This document shows, one piece after another, positions 47,201-59,532 of a stretch of 64,000 nt of DNA (its first letter is position 1; each line of letters begins with the position of its first letter). Both the position numbers and the translations under genes were made by a program. The DNA comes from Guillardia theta CCMP2712. Lineage: Eukaryota; Protista; Cryptophyta. The notes under the pieces are model-generated. The model saw only the letters and a list, made by a program, of their open reading frames with translations, made no database searches and was not told the DNA's origin. The stretch lies in assembly GCF_000315625.1 (NCBI RefSeq), contig NW_005434568.1:151965-215964 (forward strand). The letters are read 5' to 3'.

Positions 47201-50200
47201 TCATGCGGGATTATCTTGACCAATTGTTCCTTCAAGAACAATGACTTTGTAAGCATACCGTTGTTATGCCATGTTGATATGATATGATATGATATGATAT
47301 GATATGATATGACATGATATGACATGATATGATATGATATGACATGATATGACATGATATGACATGATATGACATGATATGATATGATATGATATGATAC
47401 GAAATGATATTACATGACATGGAATGATACGAAGTGTTCCTATACGATATTACTTGGCATGATATGATCTTGATATGATCTTGATATGATCTTGATATGA
47501 TCTTGATATGATCTTGATATGATCTTGATATGATCTTGATANNNNNNNNNNNNNNNNNNNNNNNNNNNNNNNNNNNNNNNNNNNNNNNNNNNNNNNNNNN
47601 NNNNNNNNNNNNNNNNNNNNNNNNNNNNNNNNNNNNNNNNNGGGCCCTCCGGGTGTGCGCGGAGCTCCTGGTATCCCAGGGGATCACAACGATGATGCTT
47701 CCCGACCCTTCCTGGGCGAACCACAAGCCGCTGCTGGGAGGAGGAGGGCTGAAGATCACGGAGTACCGCTACTTCAAGCAAGATACGCACACTGTCGACA
47801 TCGATAGCATGCTCGCGGACATCCAGGCTTGCCCCCCCAAGACTGCGATCATGTTTCAGGTTGTGATGTGTGGGTGGTGTGATGATGATGATGGAGATGA
47901 TGATGATGGAGATGATGATGATGATGATGGAGATGATGATGATGGAGATGATGATGATGGAGACGACGACGATGACGACGACGACGTTGATGTCGATATC
48001 GTTGATATCGTTGTTGTTGTTGATGATGATGTAGATGATGATCGTGGTGGTGGTGAAGAGGAGAAGAGACTACTACAGCTAATATTTGATGTGATGATGT
48101 CAATAATCGTGTACTGCACAACAATGTCTCGCTTTATGCTCATCCAATCACGTGTCTTGTTCATCTAATGTGTCTGTTTGGTTTGGCTTCCTCCATGTCT
48201 TGATCGTCTTCTCCTCTACAAGATTCTACCTCCCCACAAGCTCCTTCCCAGCTGACCTTGTTGTGACTTTAGGAAGTCAAATCGTCGGGGAGGTGTGGGT
48301 GGATGGAACGAGGCCGAAGCTTTTGGACGTGGATGATCTGAACGTTACAAACTCCCCGTTGCTGTCAAGTAACAGTTCAAACAATGTAAGGGATCGATGT
48401 TGTGGTGTGTGGGACAGCAAATGTGGGATCAAGAGAGAAGAGAAGAGAAGAGAAGAGAAGAGAAGAAAAAGGGAAGGGAAGGGAAGGGAAGGGATGAGAT
48501 GAGATGAGATGAGATGAGATGAGATGAGATGAGATGAGATGAGATGAGACGAGATGAGATGAGATGAGATGAGATGAGATGAGATGAGACGAGACGAGAT
48601 GAGATGGGATGAGATGAGATGGGATAAGTTTAAGAGATCAATATCTCATCGCTACTTCCGTTCGTTCTTCTCCTTCGCTGTCGTCAACGTGGTTTTCACT
48701 GACCGGACTCAGATGTCGTCGACAACAGAGAATCCAACCATATGCTACCAGGAAGATGATCGACCAGAGTTAGAAGACGACAGCGAGGATAGGAAGGTGA
48801 ATGTGCATGCAAGAGCGGATGTTGTCATGTTGTCATGTTGTCATGTTGTCATGTTGTCATGTTGTTCGAAGGCTGTCGTGATGAGATGTTCTCTGCATGT
48901 GACATGTACATGTCGTGAAGTTACCATGCTCTTGTGGAAGAAAACAGATGTTTGCTGTTCGTTTCTGATCTCTTGGTAAGATTGCAGAGCTACTGAAAGA
49001 TGCGGAGGCGCTTTCGCTGCAAGGATACAGTGCGGAAGATTTCAAGAAGTTTGAGATGAGAGCATTTGACGTTTTTCTTTCTCACTTGTGCTTGTAGGCA
49101 CCTTGAAAGCAACCCAACGTTGAGAAGTGACATCGAAAGAGGTGAAATGATGACGTTCGATTCATGCTCGTGTCTGCTCCTAGTGGTGGTGGTAGTGCTC
49201 TTGCAATGATTTCTTTTGGAGATGATCAAAGTTATGGAGCGACGATTGATGGTTGCTGCTGTTGCTATGGTTGTTGCTGCTGCTATTGTTGTTGTTGCTG
49301 CTGCTATTGTTGTTGCTGCTGCTATTGTTGTTGCTGCTGTTTCTGGTGCTGGTGCTGGTGCTGGTGCTGGTGGTGCTGGTGCTGGTGCTGGTGCTGGTGC
49401 TGGTGCTGGTGCTGGTGCAGTTGCTGTTGCTGTTGCTGTTGCAGTTGCTGGTGCTGCTGGTGTTGTTGTGGTCGTAGTGCTGGTGCTGGTGCTGGTGCTG
49501 TTGTGGTTGTGGTGGTTGTAGTGGTGGTGGTGGTGGTGGTGATGATGATGGTAACAATTGGAGTACAATGGTATGTTCTGACTTGTTGCATTTCTCAGAA
49601 GAAGAAGAGGTGTTATCATCATCGATGAGTCTGTTCGCTGATCGTCCTTGTCAAGAGGAGACATCCTTTCCTCCCTGCAGCTCCGCTGCACAACAGATAC
49701 TACGCGATGCGGTGAGAGTGAGGAGGAGATCAAGGCGGGTGATCAAAAGCAAGAGGAGGAGGGAGGATGAGCAAGAAGTGATGGGGCAGGGGGAGGGGGA
49801 GAGGCAGAGGCAGGGGCAGGAAGAGAAGGAGCTGAGAAAGGAGGATGATTGTTTTTTCTGACTTTTTCACCTTCTAGTCATGGAAAGAGCCAAGCCAACG
49901 AGCAGGTGACTTTTGCACACTAAGTGCCTTGAAAGTTGACAACCTCGACAAAATTTGAGGATTCTCAGCTTGTCAAACCTGCCAGTTGACCCACTTGACA
50001 GGGGCTGATCGTCTCGGACCCTCTCAATGGGATCAGACAGTGGGGGCTGACGGAAGAAGGAAGAGAGCAGGTGAGGAGGAGGGGGCAGGAGGGGTGGGAG
50101 AAGGGGGAGGAGGAGGAGGTTGTGGTTGTGGTTGTTGTGGTGGTAGAGTTTCGGAAATGCTGGGGGTGCTGGTGCTGATGACAATGACGACGAAGTTTAC

Positions 50201-50945
50201 ATGTTTGTTTGTTTGTTTGGTTCATCAAGCTTACATGTTTGTTTGTTTGTTTGTTTGGTTCATAAAGGCCAAGTTGTCCGCCATCGAGTTCTGCCGTCAA
50301 GTTGCCCAAGACAAGAACACTTCAGTCCTCATCTTGTCCAGTGACTTTCGTCGCACTATAGAGACTGCGCAGGTAGGGAGGAGGAGGAGGAGGAAGTTGT
50401 ATGTTTGGGAGGTTGACTTTTCTGCAGGAACTGAAGGTTGCTATGAATGATAGAAGAGCAGACCTTGTGGTCTGCAAGGAGGTACTGGATTAGTCCTGGT
50501 CCTCCTGCCTGCTGCTGCTGCTCCTCCTCCTCCTCCTCCTGCTGTCATGATTCATGATTCTCTTTTTGGTGTGATCGTTTTCATCAATTCTCCTTCCTTG
50601 TCTCTCCCTCACATCTGACTCGCTTCTCAGCTCCGCGAGCGATACTTCGGGCAACTTGAGCTGGGCGATCATGCGAGGTGAAGTCCGGGCGGAGGGAGGT
50701 GTTCTGCTGAGAGGAGGAAGCAGGACTAGAAGGAGGAGAGGAGAGGAGGAGGAGGAGAGGAGGGAAGACGAGGGAACAGGAGGAGGAGGAGGAGAGGAGG
50801 GGAGGGGAGGAGGGGAAGTTGTGCTCTGGGGCTGACGATCATCAGGTACAATCAAGTGTGGGAGATGGATGCGCTCGACGGGAATCATCACTCGATGGGA
50901 TGTGAAGCAGCGATAGAGGTCAGGAATCGAACCCTCCTCCCTCTT

Positions 50946-50981
<36 letters not shown>

Positions 50982-51530
50982 CCTCCCTATCTCTCTCCTG
51001 CTCCTGCTCCCTCTACTCCTGCTCCTTCTCCTGCTCCCCCCCCCCCTCCTCCTGCTCCCTCTGTTTCCCCTCCTCCTCTTGCTCGATCTATTCCCCTCCT
51101 ACTCCTGCTCCTGGTCCTGGTCCTGGTCCTCCTTGTCCTCCTGCCTTCGCAGCTTCTCGTCCTCCCGTACTTTCCCTTTCCCTCCTTGTATTATCATGTT
51201 TCTTCTGTTCTTCCTCGTTTTCCTCGTTCCACCTCCTCTTCATCCTTCGCCACAAGGATCTCTCCCTCCTCCCTTTCGTTTGAATTTGGTTGACAGGTCA
51301 GGAATCGTGTCATGGGTCTCATTGAGAGGATAGAGGTGAGGAGGAGGAGGAGGAGGAGGAAGAGGAGGAGGAGGAGGAGGAGGAGGAGGGGGAAGGGGGA
51401 GGAGGAAAGGGATCGTCCGTCTGACTTTCTCTGTCAGCGAGAGCACAAGGGAAAACTTGTGTTCCTCGTTAGCCATGGAGATGCCCTGCAGGTCTTCCTG
51501 CTTTCTTGCTACTACTTCTATGTCTGCTTA

Positions 51531-51574
<44 letters not shown>

Positions 51575-51904
51575 CTCCTCCTCACGGACGATCAGATCAC
51601 CCAAACTGCTTTTGCCGGACTCTCCGTGCGAGAACATCGGTAAGAGGACGGAGGAATGCAAGGAGGAGGAAGGGGGCAGGGGGGATAGGAGAGGGAGGAG
51701 GGAGGAGGGAAAAAGGTGGAGCCAGAAAGCAAAATGGAGGAGGGGAAGGGGGCGGACGAGGGGAAGAGGTGAGGGAGAGGTAGTAGAGAGTGGGAGGTAG
51801 AGAGCACAAGGCGGAGGGAAGTGACGGGCTATGTCAGGACTCTGCCGCATCTTCACCCGGCTCAGATCCGCGAACTTCTGCCGCGACTGAGAAGGAGAAG
51901 CTGA
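44282..51904 (+). CDS. Right-handed beta-helix (pectin-lyase-like) protein apparently fused to a C-terminal histidine phosphatase (phosphoglycerate-mutase family); many small exons
   Basis: N-terminal signal-like MKVSMQEQIAFCVIAWFG. VRVPQDCGDLWKAL..RIVLDKG, GSWSFNDCEIRS, LQRCVIGG, LTDCEI, SCNFREN, LTNCSFKNN beta-coil motifs. Then YYAMR|HGKSQANE, GLTEEGREQ, SSDFRRTIETAQ, LRERYFG, VSHGDALQ, stop at 51902-51904. Confidence 0.7.
47276..47541. repeat. (GATAT/GACAT)n pentamer grading into (GATATGATCTT)n 11-mer, running into an N gap
   Basis: Direct reading. Related pentamer SSRs: (GAGAT)n 48494-48625, (GAGGA)n 37383-37455 and 52535-52590, (GCAGA)n 52480-52530, (GACAG)n 59115-59160. Confidence 0.95.
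47642..47859 (+). other. Isolated aspartate/aromatic aminotransferase (AspC/TyrB, class I) exon
   Basis: ALRVCAELL...PDPSWANHKPLL..GGLKITEYRYF..DIDSMLADI..P.K..IMFQ|GT. The expected next exon (xCxHNPTG) is not found downstream. Confidence 0.85.
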
Positions 51905-52053
51905 AGGCCAAGCGACAAGGCAGAAAGGGAGGGGAGGGTGAGGAAGGGAGGGAGAGGAGGGGAGGGAATAGGAGAAAATTATTCACAGGAGGGTGAAGCA
52001 GCAAGTTTGTTGACAAGTAGCTACTAGAGAGAGCAGCAAGATCAGTTTGCTCC

Positions 52054-55000
52054 TTATCTCTTTGCCTTCTTGTTCTTCTTGTCTGAACTGCTTGGCTCTG
52101 TCAAGTCATCAGCCTCGTGCTTCCTCCTCTCCCTCTCTACCCCCGACTCTGCTGCCTCCCTCTGACCTAAACGTCTGTGCCAACTGCCCTCCTCCTCCCC
52201 CTCCCTGCCTCTCCTTCTCCCCCTCCTCCTCCCCCACCCTGCCTCTCCTTCTCCCCCTCCTCCTCCCCCTCCCTGCCTCTCCTTCTCCCCACCTCCTCCT
52301 CCTCCCTGCCTCTCCTTCTCCCCCTCCTCCTCCTCTTACCCGGCTTTCTCTTCTTGTCGGACTTGTCGGACTTGTCGGGCTTGGCCTGTCACACGAGTCA
52401 TCGTGTAAAAAAGAAGCGTGCGGGGAGATGGGACCAGGCGATCCAAGGGTGAGGAGGGAGGAGGAAAGCGAGGAGGAGAGCAGAGCAGAGTAGAGCAGAG
52501 CAGAGCAGAGCAGAGCAGAGCAGAGCAGAGGAGGAGGAGAGGAGAGGAGAGGAGAGGAGAGGAGAGGAGAGGAGAGGAGAGGAGAGGAGGAGGAAGGAGG
52601 AGGANNNNNNNNNNNNNNNNNNNNNNNNNNNNNNNNNNNNNNNNNNNNNNNNNNNNNNNNNNNNNNNNNNNNNNNNNNNNNNNNNNNNNNNNNNNNNNNN
52701 NNNNAGGGGGCGGAGGAGATGAGGAGACCTTGGGGTTGCCCTGGAACTCAAGCTCGACGTAGGGGATGTCCCAATCCCAGATCTTGTCTCCTCCCGGGTT
52801 GCTGGGGTCGTAAGGAGGAAGCAGTTCCTGCACTTTGTCGCAGAACTTCTTAAACTCCCTGTCGAGCTTGCTAACCATCTCCTTCTGCCTTTGCTCGTCT
52901 TCGATCTCGTCCCTGTCGTAGGGGTTCTTTCTCTTGTTCTCCATCAGACTTTCTCCGTCCTCTAGCCACTCCAGGAAGAACTGGATGTCTCGAGTCGACT
53001 GCTTGCCGATCATGATGGCGTTCTTGAGACGGAAGTGGAGGAGGATGAGGTTGCTGTGCTTGTTCGAGGGCTGGAAGAAGGCATGCTTGATGTTGCGGTA
53101 CAGGATGTCGATGTGCTTCAGGTCGGGGGACGGGGCCTTCTTGACTGCAAACCGAAAGCCGTTGACGTGCGCCTCAAGATCTCCTTCCGTCTTCCTTCCT
53201 CTCGCCTGGATGTTGGGGTAGATCCTCAGGTTCTGGAGCCTGGGCCCTCTGTTGGGGTTCAGCCGGAGAGGCTCCTGGGGGACGAGCTCGTCTCTTGCCT
53301 TCCTTTCTCGCTCCTCCTGCTGGTACGTCTTCTTCATCGCCATGATCTGCTGGTGGACGAGGATGAGGTTCTGACTCTCCTGCGCGCGGTAGGAGAGCTC
53401 ACGGAGGTAGATCGCGTCCTTGTTGACCCCGATGGACACGCCTGCTCCTGGGCTCACAAAGTTGATGCGGAGAACATTTCCGGCGATTCCTTGCGACTGG
53501 ATGCTGGCGTTCTTGACTGTGGAGATGTGGAAGGGGACGGGAAGGCCGTTGATGGGGACGAGGATGGTCTGAGCTGCCTCGTCGATGTAGAGCTGAAGGT
53601 AGCCCTTGTTGCTCCATGCACGTGAAGGAAAATCTTCAGTTCCGAGGTACCCCGAAGTCTGAGACCTCTCGCGCTTGTCATCAGATCCTGAGGACTCGTT
53701 ATACCTCCTCCTCCTCTGCTCTTCCACTCTCTGCAGGGCGAGCTGGTTGTTTCTTTCCTCGAAGTCCTTCCTTGCCTGCTCCTTCTCCTCCTCCGACAGC
53801 TTGTGGGACAACTTCTGTTTCTCGAGCTCCTTCAACTTTCTGTCGAGCTCGTCCTGTACAGACTTCTTGTTGTCGGATTTCTTCTCCTCGTCTCCGTCGT
53901 CTGACACGTTCCAAGAGACTTTGCTGTGCTTTTTCGGAGCGTTTGTCAGGCACTCCGCACCGTCCTTAGTGATGAGGAATGTGTCCGCCAGCAGCATCGA
54001 GTACTTGGAGCTCTTTGGGTCTTTCGACTGAATGCTAAGGTTTTCAAGCCCAATTCTCAGGCACACCAGCATCCCAACTTTCAGTGTACTTCTGTTCTTC
54101 TCGTCGAACACGAATCGCTTCTCCCTCAGCTCGTAACCTAAGCTCCAGCCCAGCTCCTTGGTAAGGTTGCCAAGCAAACTTGGCTTCTTTGACTTGAGAA
54201 GGTCACTTGCCGCCTCGTACACCTTGTTCATCCTTGTGCCAGGCTTCAGCAGCCCCTGGCATTTTTCCACCACCTCCAGCAGCAGCCGATAGTTTGCTTC
54301 CTGCTCGGGCTTAACATTGAACAGCAATGTGCGGGCCAACATGCCGAAGCAGGACTTGACCCGGAGAGAAACAGAGCTGATGTAAATAGCTGGGACTCCC
54401 TTGTCAGGGAGGTTCAGGGGGGATTCCTCCGTCAGAGCCGAGTACTTAAGGTCGTAGGTGCCGCTCTGCACGTTGGGGGGGATAACAACTTCCACATCCT
54501 CGACGTCCACAGGAAGCTGAAGAGGCGCAATGGTCTTGGGAAGCTCGTTCTCCACATGCTCCGAGATCTTGGTCAGCATGAACTTCTCATTGCTGTCAAC
54601 TACGTCGAGGATTTTATTGAGGCAGCTCTTGAACGCTGCTGTGTTGATGGTACCTGCCTGTCTTGCCGCCTCGACCTGCTTGTCTGACTTGATGGCAAGG
54701 AAGTCCGTCAGTCCGTTGGTGATGTCGACTTTGGAGATTCCGCTGGCCTCCCCCAAAAAGCTGTTCCATTCCTGCGCGAATGACCCATCGTACTTCTCCT
54801 TCAGGAGAGTCCCAACCTTGGTCTCGCTCCGTTCCTCCTTCATCTCTCCAAGAATGTACTGAAAGTTCGCCTTGTCCTTGTCGCTCTTGTCACGAACGCG
54901 GACTTCAACCTTGGTGGGGAACTTGGACGGAAGGTCATCCGCCAAGGCCTGCAGCACCCTCGCCTTCTTGCTCGCCGCAAGGAATATGATCTTCTTCGGA

Positions 55001-55486
55001 CACAGCACGGTCAAGATGTCGTGCAGCTCTAGTGAGAACATCGCTGCAGAAACAAAGTGTCATCCTACTTGACAGCCAGCCAGCTCCGCAAGGCAGCATC
55101 CAACAGCACACGGTCAACAAGCATCGGACCTGTAATGAGAGATTGAGCCTTTGGGAACTTGATCACGTCCTTGGAGTCCGAGTCGCAGGCAATGGCAATC
55201 ACATCAGCCTTCGGTCCCCATGCATCCGTGTCCTTCTCAGCCTGCACAAATCCATGATGAAGGATCAGGTGAAGAGCAGAGCGACGACTACCTTCCATTT
55301 CTCGTAGAGTCTTCCGCAGACATCGGTGAACTGAGAGGCGGAGAAAAGAACCTTTCCATCATCCTTCTTGTCACCACCTCCTTCCTGCTTCACCTCCACC
55401 TTAACTTTCGCATCCTTGACCTCCTTGGCATGGTTAGGGTCCTCCTTGGCCTCCTCCTTGACCTTTATCTTCTCTTCGTCGGCCAT
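52054..55486 (-). CDS. SPT16: FACT complex subunit SPT16 (part of the C-terminal region hidden in gap 52605-52704)
   Basis: Peptidase-like NTD (PPNVQSG.YDLK, ARTLLFN, GYELRE, YSMLLADT), LVPINGLPVPFHISTVKN, LRINFVSPG, LEAHVNGFRF, DILYRNIKHAFFQP, IPYVELEFQG. Terminal exons AKPDKSDKSDKKRKP|EPSSSDKKNKKAKR*. Confidence 0.96.
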
Positions 55487-55989
55487 GCTTTGATCACTGT
55501 CAAAACCAGATTCACAAACTGAAAAATTCGTTTGATCGCGTCTGATAGTAAAGGTCGTGTACACCACGCTGCAACGTCCAAGCGAGGGGATCTAGTTGCT
55601 TGTGTATGGTGTGCAGTTCAAAATGCAACCTTGTCCTCTCACGATCATTACTCTGTGCTGCGCTCAAGCTCCGATTACTATGATCGAATCATGAACGATC
55701 ACTTCAATTCCACCTTTCCTACGCCGTTTCCTTTCTTGCGCTTCAACTGCTCCGACATTCACTGAATCATCACAGGTACCCCCTGAGTCTCTGTCTCTCC
55801 TCCTCCCCCGTCTGTCTTGCCTGCTGCTCCCCTTCGTTGCTCCCCATCTCACCACTCCACTCTGTCCCTCCGTCCTATCATGATACGCTTCTCCCCCTCC
55901 CTTCCCCCGCCATCGTCCCCTCCTCTTCCTCCTTCCTCCTGCATTTCTCTGCCCTTCTCATCCTCTTCCCGCTAAAACCAACAAAACAC

Positions 55990-56430
55990 TCAACTACCAC
56001 CCCACCCTCATCAGCAAGGATTCAGTCCTACCCCCACCCCCTCATTCTCACCTCATACCGTGATAACCCCACCATTCGTCATTCATCCACCCTCCTATTC
56101 CCTCTCACCACCCTACCCTACGTACCCATGAGTATCTCAATCACCACAAGGGTTCTATATGAGTGGGTTTCACACCCTTCAACATACCCCACTACATGGC
56201 AACCCCACCCACCTACACTACTCAATCAAGGATACCACCCTACCCCCATGTAACAGGTTACCCACACGCTTTGTACCAACACCACCCCCTTTTGCATGTT
56301 TTTTTTGAAATACTACCCTACTGTACCCACGGGTTCGTGCTGATCCCAGGAGAAGGGGTGGGGGTAGTAAATCTCGAACAGAAGCGGGGTACCAGGGGGT
56401 AGTTTGGTGAGGAAATAAGGGGTACTCCAG
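55990..56430. promoter_or_regulatory. TACCC/GGGTA-rich upstream tract (example of a recurring promoter-associated composition)
   Basis: Dense CTACCC/GTACCC/GGGGTA motifs upstream of SPT16. Similar tracts at about 9960-10460, 11600-12300, 18120-18510, 22480-22780, 26880-27430, 37550-37780, 41030-41160 and 58850-58980. Confidence 0.5.
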
Positions 56431-56971
56431 AGGGCAGAGGGCATGAATCCAAAAAAAGCGAAGGCATGGAGGGAAAGAGCAAGGGGAATGGGCGGATTTC
56501 ACCGCAAGGTCGGCATGGGAGCATAAAACAAGTCAAATGACACAGAAAGAGCAGCAAGACACTGCGAGCAAGTTATTTCTTCCTCCCATGTTCACATCAT
56601 TCAGCCCTCCCCCCCCCTCCCCAAGACGGATATTTCCTACAGCACCAACATTTCATTGGACATTGGTTCGAGGGTGCCACAGATTATCATCGTATACGAT
56701 GTGCAAGTCAACAGCCTTCATGTCTCGCCAAAGTCAAAGTCAACTCAGCCTCCATTTCCCAGCATGCTAGACTTTATTATCAGTGTCACTCGCACTGCGT
56801 GCTGTTTCCGTTTAGACCGATGCAAGGGACAACCTTTCAGTTGCGTTCCCCTGTCAGAGTTGGATGTGACTGCATGTCCAAGACGCGCGTCCTTTGCCAT
56901 ATCAAGTCAACGGCTTCAAGCACCACCGTTTCCTGTAAGAACTTCAGCAAGAACTTCAAAAACTGCATGAG

Positions 56972-58329
56972 TCAACCAGCTTCACGCTCGGCGTTCCATT
57001 GAGCGATGCGAGCACGACGAGCAGCACTGCATTGCCCTCGTCACTCAAGGTCTCTGCACGCCACAAGCTCCTACCTGCCGCTCCTGCTGCGTTCACGTTC
57101 CCGGCGTTCCTCAGGTCTTCCGCGGTCATCGCGGCGCCTATCATCATAACGACCTGCAACAAATGTCATCACAGGCTCGACCTTGTAGCTAAATCACGCA
57201 CCACGATCATCACGACGATCATCCTCTCTGCGACGGTCATCATAGCGACGGTCTTCATAGCGACGATCATAGCGGCGGTCGTCGTAGCGTTCGCGGTCAC
57301 CGTACCGACCACCCCTGTCTTCGTATCGACCTCCGTATCCACCGCCACCGCCGCCTCCTCCACGATATCCACCACCACCACCACGATAGCCACCTTTGCA
57401 TGTTGTCAACGCAAGACCAAGGAAACAACAGCAAAATACCTCCTCCTCCTCCTCCTCCACCACCACCACCACCACCACCGCGTGCAGCATCGAAGGTTGT
57501 GCGGATCCCAAGCCTCTTGCACACTTCTTTGCTGGGCCTCTTGATGTGCATAAAGTTGCAGTGGCCGCCGTACTTGCATTGGGTTTCTTCATACTGCCTG
57601 CACCTCGATTCGCGAAAGTCCGTGACAGGGGAGTACTCTGCCATGATCAACCTTCCAGCATAAAAACGACCGTTCAGTGCATTCAGCGCCTGATGGAGTA
57701 GGAAATATCAAAATTTTAGTGCCAGAGGCTGCGAATAATGAGATAAGAACCTTTTCCGCTTGTTCTTCTTCTTCGTACTTGACGTACACATTGCCAATCA
57801 TGTGATCGCCGAGGTTTGCGCATACATTCAGCTCCTCGATCTTTCCAAATTTCTCAAGCTCTTCGTAGACCTGAAATTGTGTCACTCACACACCTTGCAT
57901 TCAGCACAACACCAACGTGCACACCTCCTCGTAAAACTCATCGAAGTGATCTTGCGAAGCCTTGTCATCGGCAGCAGTGGCCATGGCAGTAGGTCCAGAC
58001 ATCATCTGGGCAGAAGCCGGGGCTTGATACATGTGCGATAGAAGAACCTGCACAGTGTCAGATGCCCGGAGTAAAGTGCAGAGCGACAACCGTCTGTGAG
58101 AAAAGGGGCTTGTTGTGCTGACGAGAACACCGGTCTCCATGGCGGCAGGCTCCGACTTTGAAGTAGAAGGGACAATTAACCCTGGATGATTCATCCGATT
58201 CAAAACATGGAATGAAAGCAGGCAAGTTCAATCCAAGTCATTGAGATTCAGGGATATGCAAAGTTTGAGGGCAGTGGGTAACAACCTGTCAAGCTCTGTC
58301 CCGTGAATACTCGCGAGACGGTCGGCCAT
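56972..58329 (-). CDS. U2AF1: Splicing factor U2AF small subunit (U2AF35)
   Basis: [15 protein letters not shown]|[30 protein letters not shown]|[59 protein letters not shown] tail and [11 protein letters not shown]. Confidence 0.97.
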
Positions 58330-59532
58330 CTGTTATCAAGCAATGAGATTCCCTTTTCAAACAGAAAAACAAACAACAGAGCATTTAGTGTATGGCCCTA
58401 CATATGTCGTAATCGACAAGTCATCAATGAGCGTCAATGGTTTGAAACGGATCCATGAAACATGTAATGGCTGCTGTGTTGGAAGATTCGAGACTTGCTC
58501 GCTAACATCTTGTTTTCCACCTTCAAGTCCATCGCACGGTTCTATAGGAGCACGAGTATTCCTGGATACATCGCATGCTTGCAATTTTCAGACAAAACTT
58601 TGAAAACTGCGAAACTACATATTCCCGCTTTTTCAGTGCGTGCTTTGCACAGAACTTTCATAGTCAACGAGTCTGCAGCTACTGTGTCTCTCCATCTTGA
58701 TGAACAAGATCGTATCATTCCAATGATGCATATTCTCCTACTCCTCCACCATCGTCACATCTATTGCCGCCGCCTCCTCCTCCCTGCATCCCTGCAGGCT
58801 TCCCGCCATTCCCTCCTCTGCGTGCCTCTGCCGTCGTCACGTGGACCCTGCACTACCCCCTCAGTGCTCTACACACCCCTATTTTCTACCTCAAGTACCC
58901 CCATTTTGAGGAAATCGAGTTACCTATTTGAGTACCCCTACCCCTGCCATCCACCACTCCACGCCGGGTAACTCCTCATCCCCACCATGACCAGAAAGCA
59001 TTCGAAACGGAAATCACGGATTGTAACTGTCTGATACTGAGATGCTGAAGAGTCGCTCTGCTTGTTATGCCGGAGCTAGCGATGAAAGGAAGAGGGAGTA
59101 GGGGGGGAGGGAGATGACAGGACAGGACAGGACAGGACAGGACAGGACAGGACAGGACATGAGAGGAAAGGAAAGGAAAGGAAAGGAAAGGACATGCCAG
59201 GACTGGGCAAGAGGGAAGCAGACACCCTGGAAAGCAAGGCGCGATTGAAAAGGAGCGATGGGGAAAGGAGGGAGGCAAGGAGGAGGCAATGCTGGGTTTG
59301 CGAAGGAACACATGATTCAATGGAATAGTTTATTGAGTGAGCAGCTCATTTGAATCAGGATATGTATAGGTTTTTTATTCTTGTACGTACTCAACACAGA
59401 GACGGCCATCAGTCGAGCTTTATTTTCTCTTACTTCATCTTTCCCTCCTCCCTTCCGCCTCCACCATCCCCTAACTTTCTTGTTGTGACCAGGTTCAGAG
59501 GTGGCTCGATGTGCCTGAACTAAGTGACCTCC

